Shown here one piece after another: positions 12,238 to 23,350 of a stretch of 64,000 nucleotides of DNA. The stretch's first letter is position 1. Each line of letters starts with the position of its first letter. The translations under genes and the position numbers were made by a program. This stretch comes from Chrysemys picta bellii (Eukaryota): NCBI RefSeq assembly GCF_011386835.1, contig NC_088792.1, forward strand, positions 265,546,001 to 265,610,000, in the 5' to 3' direction. The notes beneath the pieces are model-generated. The model worked only from the letters and a program-made list of their open reading frames with translations, ran no database searches and was not told the DNA's origin.

Positions 12238-12704
12238 TTGTATTTTACTCAATGTAATCACTAAACCCCATTCAGAGTTATCAACCTTTAAATGGTTTCT
12301 GTCTGAAAGATGAAGAGGCTTACTTACAACTGGGGAGGGAGGTGGGAGGAAGGACAGGCTAACCATCTCCTTTCCCTCTTGCTACCCCTCCTTCCAAGGT
12401 TAATGGGTTATTATAGCATTTTTGGTGCTCCTCAAGTCAAAAACAGCTACATTTTTCAAAAGCTCAGCTCTGCTCATAACTTCAACAACATCCAGTTTAA
12501 ATGATCCATCTGGGCAACCTCTTTTTTGATCTCTACATCTGAATAACCATCACAAGGGTCTCCCAAATCAGACACATATGCAAAAGCAAAATCTCCATCT
12601 TGCACAGGCAGAGGAAGCTCTGCTAGACATTTTAGCATTAAGGCAGGGCAGTCAACTTGCTATTGGCCCTAATTAGCACTTCTGCAAACTGTTTAGAGAG
12701 TCAT

Positions 12705-13095
12705 ATATTCATAGTTATAGATTTTATGGCCAGAAGGGACCACTATATTTTCTAGTCTGACCTCCTGTATAACACAGGCCATTAAATATTACCCACTTAC
12801 CCCATATTGAGCCCCATATTGAGCCCCAAAACTTGTGTTTGTCTAAAGCATAACTTCCAGGAAGTCATCCAATCTTAATTTGAATGCATCAAGAAATGGA
12901 GAACTTACTCTTCCCTGAGGAGTTTGTTCCAATGGATAATAATTCTGATTGTTACAAATGTGTGTCTTATTTCCAATTTTAATTAGTCTGCCTTCAGCTT
13001 CCAGCCATTGGTTCTTGTTCTGCCTTTCTCTGCTAGATTAGAGTCCTTTAGTAGCCAGTATCTTTTCCCCATGATATTCTTTACCTGTAGCCAAG
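12705..13095 (-). mobile_element. Older CR1 LINE 3' fragment
   Basis: CATAG..GGCCAGAAGGGACCACTAT..TCTAGTCTGACCTCCTG 3'-end signature. The minus frame shows KDSNLAEKGRTRTNGWKLKAD. Confidence 0.8.
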
Positions 13096-14479
13096 CAAAA
13101 TTCAAAAGGGTGAAATTCTCTCCTACTTTCAAAAATAAGAAAATGAAAACCCATCTTAAAGCCAAAAGCCTCACTGATCAGGACAGCAAAGGCTACAGCA
13201 AAAATAGGAATTTGCTTTAGAAAAAAAGATCTGCTCCTTTTACCTGAACAATCTTTACTCAGGCCCTAACCCTGTATCAACATCTGCTAGCACAGTCCCT
13301 CATGCACATTCAGTTACCATCCAAGGCTTATTAGAAAAAGCACAATTAATTTCCTTAGGTGTAATTTTGGTTTCTTCTGAATTGGATTCATCAACCGGGA
13401 CTGATGTCATAACTCATGGCAAATAGCAAGGAACAAACATTACCTCCTGTTCCTGAACTTCTCTGCAGGCTTTGTGGATCGATGCAGGTTCAGGGCTCTG
13501 CTCTGGTCCCTACAACCAATTTGCCAGTGAAGTGCTGGGCAGCCTCCCAGTGGAGAGGCAAAGACAGGTTGGAGTCAGGTGTTGAACTGCCTGGCACAGC
13601 AATCACTGGCTACCAGAGTATGTGAAAAGTCTCTGAACTGAACACCGCTGCTGGGCAATGGAAACATGGAGAATCTCTGGTGCTAAGGGAATTTGGAATT
13701 TACCCCCAGCTGCGAACTCCATTCCAAATGCAAAATTCCTGGGTGGGGAAGAGGGAGGGAAGCTCATTTCACACAAGAACATAATCCCTTGCAAAAGGCT
13801 CTTTCACAGGTAGCAGAAGTGGAAACATCTGCTCTCCTGCATGGGGACAAAGCCTGGGAAGGGCACAGTCAGTGTGAACAAGGCAGCAGGGAGAGTATCC
13901 CATTCCCATAACAAAACCCTCTGCCTCTATTCTGCTGGACTGGAAGACACACACAGGCACAAATTGTAATCTCTAACACAAAATAAATCTTATCTTCACC
14001 CATCTAAATGTAGCTCAGCTACAGATACAAGAATATGAAGTCAGTGAGACTTTGCATAGGTGTAGGGCCAGCACTGACGGATCCCAAGGCAGAAAGGAAG
14101 CCTCAAAACTCAAGCCCTCTGTCATCTAAAATGCTGACTTCCATCTTTCACTATTTTTCTTTTCTGTTTAATTGATCTCTGCATTTTGGTAGTGACAAAA
14201 TGATAGCGCTCCTTTGGCATGCTACTGTGTTACTTGTTACTGTATTTTGTAGTCTAATAGCTTGTACGGCACCTCTAGAACCTGGCAGGAGCATGAGAAT
14301 TATTATATTATATGTGCCGCTTGGGAACGTGCAATATGCAAGGAACAGAGAGAATATAAATATGGCAGAGGACAAGCTGCCACAATAATTAGAGTATGCC
14401 CAAATATGCATGCTAAGCCCCACAACTGACATGACAATGGGAGGGCACGGGTATGGAAAGGAAAGTAGATCTGTAAGTG

Positions 14480-14505
14480 GTGTGTGTGTGTGTGTGTGTG
14501 TGTGT
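14480..14505 (+). repeat. (TG)n microsatellite
   Basis: Directly visible. Confidence 0.93.
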
Positions 14506-16316
14506 TTCCATCAGCACGTGCACAAGGATTCTCAGCACACATATTTCCGAGCCCCAATGACTCATTATCTCCAGCTATTGATCCACTAATTAAAAAAATT
14601 CTGCAGGAAATTACTTCCTCTTTGTAGGTCTACACTGACCCAGCTAGTGCAATTTTAACAGGTCACACACATGCTGCAAACATCTCTTACCACTTTCATC
14701 AGGTCATTCCTTGCAATACATTATTACCTACCATTCACATTCACTATTTGATCCACTGCTGGGATCTCATTCTCTCTTTGTTTGAGGATACTTTTTGAGG
14801 GGGAGGGGGAGAGGACTAGTAACAAAGGTCGGACTGAAAATACACAAAAGCCAGGAAACTCAGAGTTCAGGCTGAAAATGTGTGCTGACACTGCAGCATT
14901 ATCTCCCATCATTAAGCCTTTTCTGGATCTTTTGGCACAAGTGCTAGAGTTAAGGCCAGGGTGTCAGCAGAGATTTTCAGGCTTCCTGATGAATTTCTTT
15001 GCTTAAATCAAATGCTTAATGTCACTTAGACATACTATTCGTTAACACCAAATCAATCTTTAATGAAAATTGTGCGCGCACACACACTTTTATATATGCC
15101 ATTAGCTATATTCTTCGCAGTGGCCGTGAATTCTGTATGAGCAAACTTGTAAAGTCCCAGCTATCCAAAGTGGACACAGAGGCGGAGTAAGCAAGTGGCT
15201 GAATGGTACTGACAAACAGACCAGAGTAACCGTAGCAATCAAAATTTCACAGAGTAGTGTCATATAGCAAGTATCGGTCTCTCCCCTCCAGCCTGAAATC
15301 AGGAGGAAAAAAGGTTGTGTTTTTTTAAAAATGGATTCTGAAGCTTCACTGTAGAGCAGTTCCACAGGAGGTTGGCTACAAGCTGGCATTGGAGGTTTCA
15401 GACTGTACTTGTCTATGGTATTGTAGAAAACAAGAAAGCGCACACACACACTCTTCAATCTCAAGGTCCTTTAGTTATGGAACCTGGGCTCATGGAAGTT
15501 CTGCTGATTTTATTCCATGAAACAAAAATGCTTTACCAGACTCACAAAACGTATCCTACAGATGACAATATTTGGGCTAGATCACAGCAACCCTCACTGA
15601 AACTGATGATGACTTACTGAGGTAAGTAAATCCATTTAATTTTTCCAGAGTAAGAACTCATAATCAAGGTGAGTATGGCTGGTGTATTTTACTCCCTTAT
15701 GTTTTGCATATTTGAGTTTATGAGGAAACGTCATCAACTAATAATTTGAAGGAAGGTTCAATAAAACAGTTCAGTATTCTCAAGTTCTAATTGTCACAGG
15801 GTGATGATCAAGAGCAAATTCTGATTAGCAGCCTAATGAAAATGAGAACCTGGCTCAACTGCGAGTATTGATTAACTAGTGGGAGCCACCAGTTTTAAAG
15901 GGCAAGATTGTTGCAGTGTAATACTTATTGTGTTACACTATATAAGGTGGACACCTTTTACTGAGGCCTTGGCTACACTTGCAGATGTACAGCACTGTGA
16001 GTTAAACCTGACTTCGTGCAGCTGAGTAGGGAAAGCGCTGCAATCTGTCCACACTGACAACTGCCCAGCGCACTGTCGTGGCCACATTTGCGGCAATTGC
16101 AGCGCTATTGGGAGCAGTGCATTATGGGCAGCTATCCCACAGAGCACCTTTTCTCATTCTGGCGCCACGGGTTGTGAGAAGGGGAGTGTGGATGCGGGGG
16201 GTCCTGTCCCAATGTCCCGTGATGCATCGCTTCGCATCACAGAAAGCCCTTTGTTTCCGTCCACCTTTGGCACCATCTTTCAACGGTTTCTGTGCAGCAC
16301 AATCTGTCTGCGGGAA

Positions 16317-17596
16317 ATGGAGTCCGAACTGCTGAGGCATATGCTGACGAGTCTCGCCAGTACGTCATGTTTGGCTGTCGAACTATTCCTTAAGATTGAG
16401 AGTGAGGAGTCCGACAATGCTATCGAGCCACGTAACGTGTACGACACGAAATTGCTTGTGGCATTCACGGACACGTTCAGCACCGTGGAACGCCGCTTTT
16501 GGGCTTGGGAAACAAGCACCGAGTGGTGGGATCACATCGTCATGGAAGTCTGGGATGATGAGCAGAGGCTGCAGAACTTTCGGATGAGAAAAGCCACTTT
16601 CATGGGACTGTGTGAGGAGCTCGCCCCCACCCTGCGGCGCAAGGACACATGAGGGCTGCCCTGCCAGTGGAGAAGCGGGTAGCTATTGCAATCTGGAAAC
16701 TGGCAACTCTAGACAGCTACCGGTCAGTCGCAAACCAGTTAGGAGTGGGAAAGTCGACCGTTGGAATCGTGTTGATGCAAGTTTGCAAGGCCATTAATCG
16801 CATCCTACTCAGAAAAACCGTGACACTGGGTAACGTGCAGGAAATAGTGGATGGCTTTGCACAAATGGGTTCCCTAACTGTGGAGGGGCGATAGATGGGA
16901 TGCACATTCCTATTCTGGCATCACCCCACCTAGGATCCGAGTACGTTAATCGGAAGGGATATTTCTCTATGGTTCTCCAGGCGCTTGTGGATCACCGTGG
17001 GCGTTTCATTGACATTAACACAGGCTGGCCCGGAAAGGTGCATGACGCACGCATCTTTTGGAACACTTGGCTGTTCAGGAAGATGCAGGCCAGGACTTTT
17101 TTCCCCAGAGCGAAAGATCACGGTAGGGGAAGTTGAAATGCCCATTGTGATCCTTGGAGATCCCGCTTACCCGTTAATGCGGTGGCTCATGAAACCCTAC
17201 ACAGGGAGCCTTGACAGCAGCAAGGAACGGTTCAACTACAGGCTGAGCCAGTGCCGAATGACTGTGGAGTGTGCCTTTGACCGTTTAAAGGGCCGCTGGC
17301 GATCTCTGTATGGGAAGCTGGACTTGGCCGAAAACGGCATTCCCGCGGTTATATCCGCGTGCTGTGCCCTCCATAATATTTGTGAAGGGAAGGGTGAAAG
17401 CTTCACTCAGGCATGGACCTCTGAGGTTCAACAACTGGAGGCTGAATTTGCACAGCCAGAGAGCAGGGCTATTACAGGGGCCCAGTGCGGGGCTGCAAGG
17501 ATTAGGGATGCCTTGAGGGAGCAATTTGAGGCTGAAAACCAGCAGATATATCTGGTGCCCTGCACGGGAGTGAAGTGCAGTAGTTCCAATCTTTAG
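16317..17596 (+). pseudogene. Harbinger DDE transposase (HARBI1/DDE_Tnp_4-like), disrupted by three frameshifts
   Basis: Four ORF-track pieces join into FRMRKATF..LCEEL, HTH-like VAIAIWKLAT..SYRSVANQLGVGKSTV, GAIDG(M)HIP (D at 16894), NRKGYFS, WPGKVHDARIF, LGDPAYP (D at 17159), FNYRLS..RMTVECAF (E at 17267) and CCALHNIC. Frameshifts lie near 16648, 16871 and 17100. An alternative upstream ATG is at 16188. Confidence 0.94.
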
Positions 17597-17676
17597 GAAT
17601 CAGTGTTTGCTAAGCAGACAAACAGACTTGCAGTGCCTGTTTATTTCCTGGGCTAAGGAGTCTTTTACTTTAATGC

Positions 17677-17720
17677 AATAATAAAGAATGTTTTCAAAGC
17701 CAAAAAAATCCATTTATTGA
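17677..17720. terminator. Back-to-back poly(A) signals of the convergent Harbinger genes
   Basis: AATAAA on + at about 17680 (downstream of the transposase) and TTTATT (AATAAA on -) at about 17713-17718 (downstream of the Myb gene), in an A/T-rich spacer. Confidence 0.6.
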
Positions 17721-17775
17721 AAAGAAAAAAAAATTATTGGAGAGAAACAAGGGGGTGGAGTGGGGAACAGTACAA

Positions 17776-18337
17776 TCACAGATTCGCGTATGTCCTGTCT
17801 GGTGTGCTGTGCAGTGAGTGCTGCACTTCAGGACATCTATACTGCATGGTGATGGGGGTTGAGTGCAGAGGGTAAGGGTCATGGTTTTCAGGGCTGGGTG
17901 ATGAAGATACTGGTGTTGGAGGCAGCGGGTGGCGTGAAGAACACGGAAGTTGGGGAAAGTGGGTCGGAGGTGACAGTGGGGCACAACGGAAAGAGTTTTG
18001 GGACAAGGGCTGTAGGGGGGGTGGCGTTTGCAGTACTGCTCCTCTTTCTGCATGGCTACCAGCTCCTGGATAGCATCTGCTTGGCGCTCCAGGATGCTTA
18101 TGAGCCTATCAGTGCTTTGCTGCCGGTGCGCGGTGCTTTGCCGCCGGTGCGCTGCATTTTCCTGGCGGATCCTGCTTTCTCTCTCCCTCCAGTTCTGTGC
18201 TTTCTCATTCTCTTTAATAGATTGCCACATCACTTCTTGCAACATGTCGTCTTTGCTTTTTCGCGGTTTCTTCCTGAGTCTTTGCAGTCTCTGAGCAGGC
18301 GATAAGAGGGACGGCTGAGGTCTCAAGGTTGATGCAG
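17776..18337 (-). CDS. Harbinger Myb/SANT protein, exon 2 (basic NLS-like segment, coiled coil, Pro-rich tail; probable frameshift near 18020)
   Basis: Acceptor TTTTGCCTATACAG|CT at 18338 is phase-compatible with exon 1 (G|CT = Ala). It reads AASTLRPQ..RLRKKPRKSKDDMLQEVM..ERQADAIQ. The Pro-rich tail continues in the 17776-18006 frame. Confidence 0.75.
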
Positions 18338-18498
18338 CTGTATAGGCAAAATGCAACATTTAACAGAGGCAGCATTGTTTATACCTGACAGAGTAATGAT
18401 TCCCCCCGCACTTAAGGAGTAGAAAACACACAGGGTCTACACAATAGCATAATTTTCCCGTCCGAAACAGAGCACACATATCCCACAGGAGCCTCAAA

Positions 18499-18923
18499 AT
18501 GGTGAGTAAGGGGGACTGATTGTTTCAGGGCTGCACTGTCCTCTGGGTTTCTGTGCCTTGGGGAGAGGCAACAGCTGCAGGGGGCCGCTATACTGAACAC
18601 TGTCCCCACATTTTCCATAGGAGTTCGTCCTGGACGATATCTCGCTGCTGAGAGTGACCTGGGAAGCAAGGGAGGGTCTTCCACTGCAATGCGGCTTCCA
18701 CCCTGGCCCATATGCAGCTTGCCTGTGTGCAGCAATGGTCCCCCCGCCCCTTGCGGCACAGTGGCGCGGACACGTTAGCCTGGCTGGGACAAGGACCATG
18801 GTGGCTCCCCCAATAAACCTGCACAAGCGCATTGCACACGTTCTGGATGAGACATTCGAGGAAATTACCAAGGCCGATTACCGCGATGTGATAAACCACA
18901 TCAATGCACTATTCCGCATCTAG
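18499..18923 (+). CDS. Candidate third Harbinger gene nested antisense in the Myb intron (ATG exon 18499-18501 plus exon 18621-18923; 101 aa, unknown function)
   Basis: AAAATG|GTGAGT donor, 119-nt intron, TTTTCCATAG|GAG acceptor, then an open frame EFVLDDISLL...LHKRIAHVLDETFEEITKADYRDVINHINALFRI-stop. Confidence 0.45.
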
Positions 18924-19006
18924 GCATGCATGCCTAACCCTCCTCTCCCAAAGAGCCCGCACCCGAAAAGGGAAAAAATCCCTTCCCGAAAAAAAAAAAC
19001 GCTTAC

Positions 19007-19538
19007 CGGGAACCTGCTCTTCTGTTTGTCCTCCACCAAGTACCAGCCGCTGCGACTGGCTACCTTCCTCCTGGCTCAAGAAGAGCTCCTGGCTGCACGG
19101 CTCCAGGGATTCTGGGGTGTCTCCATTCGGCCCACCACCATCACTCCCGTTTTCCTCCTTCTCCTCCTCTTCCTCCTTCCCCCCCCACACCGGCTCTGAA
19201 GTGTCCATAGTGGTGCTCGGAGTGGAGGTGGGATTAACCCCAAGTATCGCATCCAGCTCTTTGTAGAATCGGCAGGTCGCGGGGGGAGCACCCGAGTGGC
19301 CGTTTGCGTCGCGGGCTTTGCGGTAGGCACTCCGCAGCTCCTTCACTTTAATCCTGCACTGCAGGGCGTCCCGGTCATGGCCCCTTTCCGTCATGTCCTT
19401 TGATACCTTCCCGAAGGTATCGTAATTCCTACGGCTGGAGCACAGCTGGGACTGGACAGCTTCCTCCCCCCAAACACTGATGAGGTCCAGCAACTCGCCA
19501 TTGCTCCATGCTGGGGCTCGCTTGGCGCGTGGAGGCAT
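19007..19538 (-). CDS. Harbinger Myb/SANT-like (trihelix, Myb_DNA-bind_4-type) DNA-binding protein, exon 1
   Basis: MPPRAKRAPAWSNGELLDLISVWGEEAVQSQL...RDALQCRIKVKELRSAY...TCRFYKELDAILG, followed by an acidic tract. ATG at 19538, donor G|GTAAG at 19006. The exon is 532 nt (phase 1). Confidence 0.9.
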
Positions 19539-20544
19539 GGTCACCTGGAAAGATTCGCTGATAGCACTCCACACCACGCCGGGCTGAGCAAACAGGAAGG
19601 GGATTTTTAAAATTCCCAGGGAATGCAAAGGGTGGGTCACATGGTTGGTTACCTGAGGCCAGGGCAGTAGATTTTGAACTGATGACCAGAGTGGCTAGAA
19701 CAGGCATTGTGGGATACTGCCGAATAATTCTGGAGGCCATTCACAGCGCATTGGGCGGCAGCGCAATACTTGCTATTCCTCTCGGAGAGGTGGAGTACAT
19801 GCAGCGCTGCAACCACGGAGATACAGCGCGGCAAATGCCTTGCCAGTGTGGACGGGGAGTGAGTTACAGCACTGGGGGAGCCTTTACAGCGCTGTAACTC
19901 GCAAGTGTAGCCAAGGCCTGAGTTGGATGAAATAGATTTTTAAAAGGCCCAAACAAAGTTATTGCTGGTAACTCAATAGACTTAGCAACCCAAAGCTGAA
20001 ACAACTCCTTTTTACAGAATTAAATATGCCATCAAATAAGGGAAACTGCAATTGATGTTTATGGCTGACATCATGCAAGTAGCAGAGCATGTATGTAGTT
20101 AGCCTGTCCCTTTTAAAATTCAGACCAGGACCGGTTGCAAATTACAAAAATTACTGAAATTACAAAGTGAACTATCAAGAGATCTTAACTCAGCAGGAAC
20201 AAAACTAGCTAATCGCTGGTTAGGAACTTCGGAAATTACAAACTAATCTAATTAGAGACTTTATCTTGTCAGTTACAGTCCACGTGTTAAATATTTATCA
20301 GTAAATCAAAAAATGGAAGGTTAGTTACACTGGCACATGAATTACTAGTTTCATGCTAGAACACTTGCCAGCGTGGATCAACGTTAAACAAAATGACTGA
20401 TTTGGCTTTTACAGTTTTAAAGACAAGTAATTAAATATCATCCATAAATAAATAAAGTTGTACTGAAAGCGAAGGAGGCCACAGATATAATGAAGGCTGT
20501 CAAAAGGGGATGAAACATACACTAAGGTGACATGAATTAAACTA

Positions 20545-21011
20545 CCGTATATACTCGTTCATAAGCCGAATATTTTTGGTAAAAAAGTGACGCATCAAAG
20601 AGCAGGGGTCGGCTTATAAACGGGTCTACACCAAAATTTTATGATTTTAAACTCTATGGACTTGTTGAATTGAATATCTAATACGTTGTCATTTGTTTAC
20701 CTGGAGCGTCTGCAGGCATGGAGCCCCTCAGCTCCCTGTGGCCGCAGTTCGCCGTTCGCCATTCCCCATTGGCTGGGAACGGTGAACCGCGGCCACTGGG
20801 TGCTGAAGGGCTCCGTGCCTGTGAACGCTCCAGGTAAACAAAACGTTCCGACCCACCAGCGGCTTACCCTGATGGGCTGGGAGCCAAAGTTTTCTAACCC
20901 CTGAGACATAGGGTCGGCTTATGAAAGGGTCATACAGTTTATGCTATTTTTACTTATCCATCTTGTGGGGTCGGCTTATAAATGAACGGGCTAATGAACG
21001 AGTATATACAG
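20545..21011. mobile_element. Tc1/mariner (Tc2/pogo-like) MITE, 467 bp
   Basis: TIR CCGTATATACTCGTTCATAAGCCG / CGGGCTAATGAACGAGTATATACAG and TA TSDs (20543-20544, 21012-21013). Confidence 0.88.
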
Positions 21012-22532
21012 TAATTTAAAGTAAGGCCACTTTAATTCTGAATCAGAGTGTCCACACAGGGATTTAGTGAAGTTTAACTGATACATTTTAAATTCACATT
21101 TTTAGTTAATTCGGATTAACTTTCTAGAGTGTCCCCATGTAGGCAAGCCCTAAGCATCTGTAAAAAAAAGAAGGTATTGGTATGTGTCAAAGTATTTTGG
21201 GGTCCATTAATTTGTACACTGGAGGTGCAAGGGACAAGGACTTCATTTTTTCACTTGTCTATAAAGGGATATGCATGCTAAAGGCACTAATATAATAAAG
21301 TAATAGCAACAACTGCGGGAAGATGGAAAGAGACAAGATATTGGTAAGAGTTAAATAAATTTCATTTTAATGTTTGAAGGTGACTAAAGCCCTCTTGGGA
21401 TAAACCAGGTTGTTAGTTGCCCAGAATTTTTAGCCAGATCCCAGAAATTTTGGGCAATAACATCAGGATAAACTTCTTCTCTCTGAAAGTGCCAGGCTAT
21501 GCAGAGCACTGAAGACCTCAAGTGTTTTAAGTGCTTAGCTAAAAGACCTTCTACATACACACATCAGCATGCCCCAGAACTTGGTGGGCCAGATTCTGCT
21601 CTCAGTTGCAGCAGCATAAAATCCATAGCAAATCCATTGACATGAATGGATTTCCTCTGGATAGACAACCGTATAAAATAAAAGAGAGCACAATTTGGCC
21701 CAATTAGTATCCTAGAAGGTTGAGCGACTGAAGTTAACCCTGCTAGGAATTGAATCTGTGCTTCCAAAGAGTCCAGGGATTGCAAACCTGAGGCCAAAGG
21801 CACATTCGCACAATGACGTGAAATAGCAGAGATTGAAATTGGGGAGTGGGGGAGGGAGAGAAGTGGTTTAAAAGGGTAAAATTAAAAGCACTTAAGAAAG
21901 AAATGTTTCGGCCTACAAAGGACGGAGGATTCAGTCAGTCAAAATCTGCAAATTGGTAGGTTGTACATTCTACGCTGTCTGTCAGCAAGGCACATCTTAA
22001 AGGGCTGAATAAATAATTGAAGAATAAATAATTGCGCCAGAGCTCTGTCTCATGGGCCATTTTTATAGATTGCTGTCTAATGATAGCCCCATCTGTGACA
22101 CTTTGCATTAATAGGAGATAAAATTACATAGTGCCTTGTTTGCTCTGACTCTGGGATGTTATGATGTCTCTTAATATTATCGTGAATAAAGGACTAGAGC
22201 AACGAGGGAAGCGTCCTGATTGCTAGGAAATGCTCAGCTGGAAAGAACCAAGTTTTAACAGTCAGAGATGTTTTGCCTCCAAAGGGGGAGGGAGGAAGGA
22301 GAAAACATTATTTCCTGTGTACTTACCATCAGTGTAACAAAAGAAAGGAGGAGCTAGTGAGTGTTCTTGGGTGCAGAAGGAGCATGAGTCCACTTCAAAG
22401 ACTCTGGTTTAGAACGTACCATTTTGGGTCTAATCTCAGCGGCACAACTCAGCGCCAAGGAAATAGCACCCAGACCAAGGGGTCTCGGTGCTCAGTCTTT
22501 CTGGCAGATATCATCAGAGATGCTTAGTTTTT

Positions 22533-23000
22533 CAGTTCTCAAACTGGATTTGTGTCTTCAGAGATAACATGCTTGTTAAAAGCCAAAATGTTTTAAATAA
22601 ATAAATAATACATAACAGGTGAGAAATAACAAACCTCAACCCTACTGTTCCTCTGCAAATTTGTGTACACGGAATCAATCACTTACCTCTCTAAAAGCGC
22701 AAAGTTTCAAAAAGTAGAATGAACAAAAGATTATTGGGGGTGGAATAGATCTGGACAAGGAGAAGAAATCTGGAGATAAATGTGAGAAGAGAGGGACTAA
22801 TCTGAAAAGTTTTCAAAATAAATCACTTTAAAAATGTATAGTGTGTACCTTCTAAAAATGAAACCTACATCTATCTCTGAGTTGTGAAGAATATGTATTA
22901 AGGTTATAACAACCAACAAGAATGCACTTTTATGTAGAAATTATGATTAAATTGAGTCTGACTAGCGATTTAAATCATGATTTAAATCAAATCCAACCTG
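22533..23000. mobile_element. hAT-like DNA transposon terminal fragment
   Basis: Ends GATTTAAATCATGATTTAAATCAAATCCAACCTG (subterminal GATTTAAATC repeats and a CCTG end). Assignment by recognition only. Confidence 0.5.
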
Positions 23001-23119
23001 CTCTTGAGTGAAATCAGATGCCTCAGTGGATACCACGAAGGGATACAGGCAAGCTGCTTTGGAATAACAGATAGATAGGATAGGAAGATCATAGATGTAT
23101 TTTAGAATCACATAATAGC

Positions 23120-23350
23120 AACACTGTATTTCTACAGCATTTTCCATCCTAGAATCACAAAGCACCTTGAGATTACATTCAATAAGTCTCACACTATATT
23201 CTGTGAGGTAGGGAAACATTTTTATCTTCCCTTTGCAGATGATTGGGAAACAAAGGCACATGCAGGTAAAGTGACTTACCCGTGGTTGCACAGCAAGTCT
23301 AGATACAGGCCTCCTGACTTCAGGTCCTGCTCTTTAATCACAAGGCCATT
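23120..23350 (-). mobile_element. Core-SINE (MIR-like)
   Basis: CTGTGAGGTAGGG..TTTGCAGATG..AAGTGACTTACC..CCTCCTGACTTCAGGTCCTGCTCTTTAATC. Confidence 0.65.

Larger units (their letters stand above)
15965..19918. mobile_element. Full-length PIF/Harbinger DNA transposon (3954 bp)
   Basis: Perfect 18-bp TIRs GGCCTTGGCTACACTTGC (15965-15982) and GCAAGTGTAGCCAAGGCC (19901-19918). 3-bp TSD TGA (15962-15964 and 19919-19921). Contains convergent transposase and Myb/SANT genes. Confidence 0.96.

Noticed and set aside
17859-18305. 148-aa and 88-aa plus-strand ORFs over Myb exon 2, and similar shadows over exon 1 and the transposase
   Set aside because: They are antisense shadows of coding exons with no splice or start signals, unlike the 18499-18923 candidate, which lies wholly in an intron.
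18412-18899. Minus-strand ORFs (115, 125 and 103 aa) inside the Myb intron as extra Myb exons
   Set aside because: Exons 1 and 2 already join in phase with good splice sites. These frames lack convincing acceptor/donor pairs, and two start at non-ATG codons. They are not fully excluded as alternative exons.
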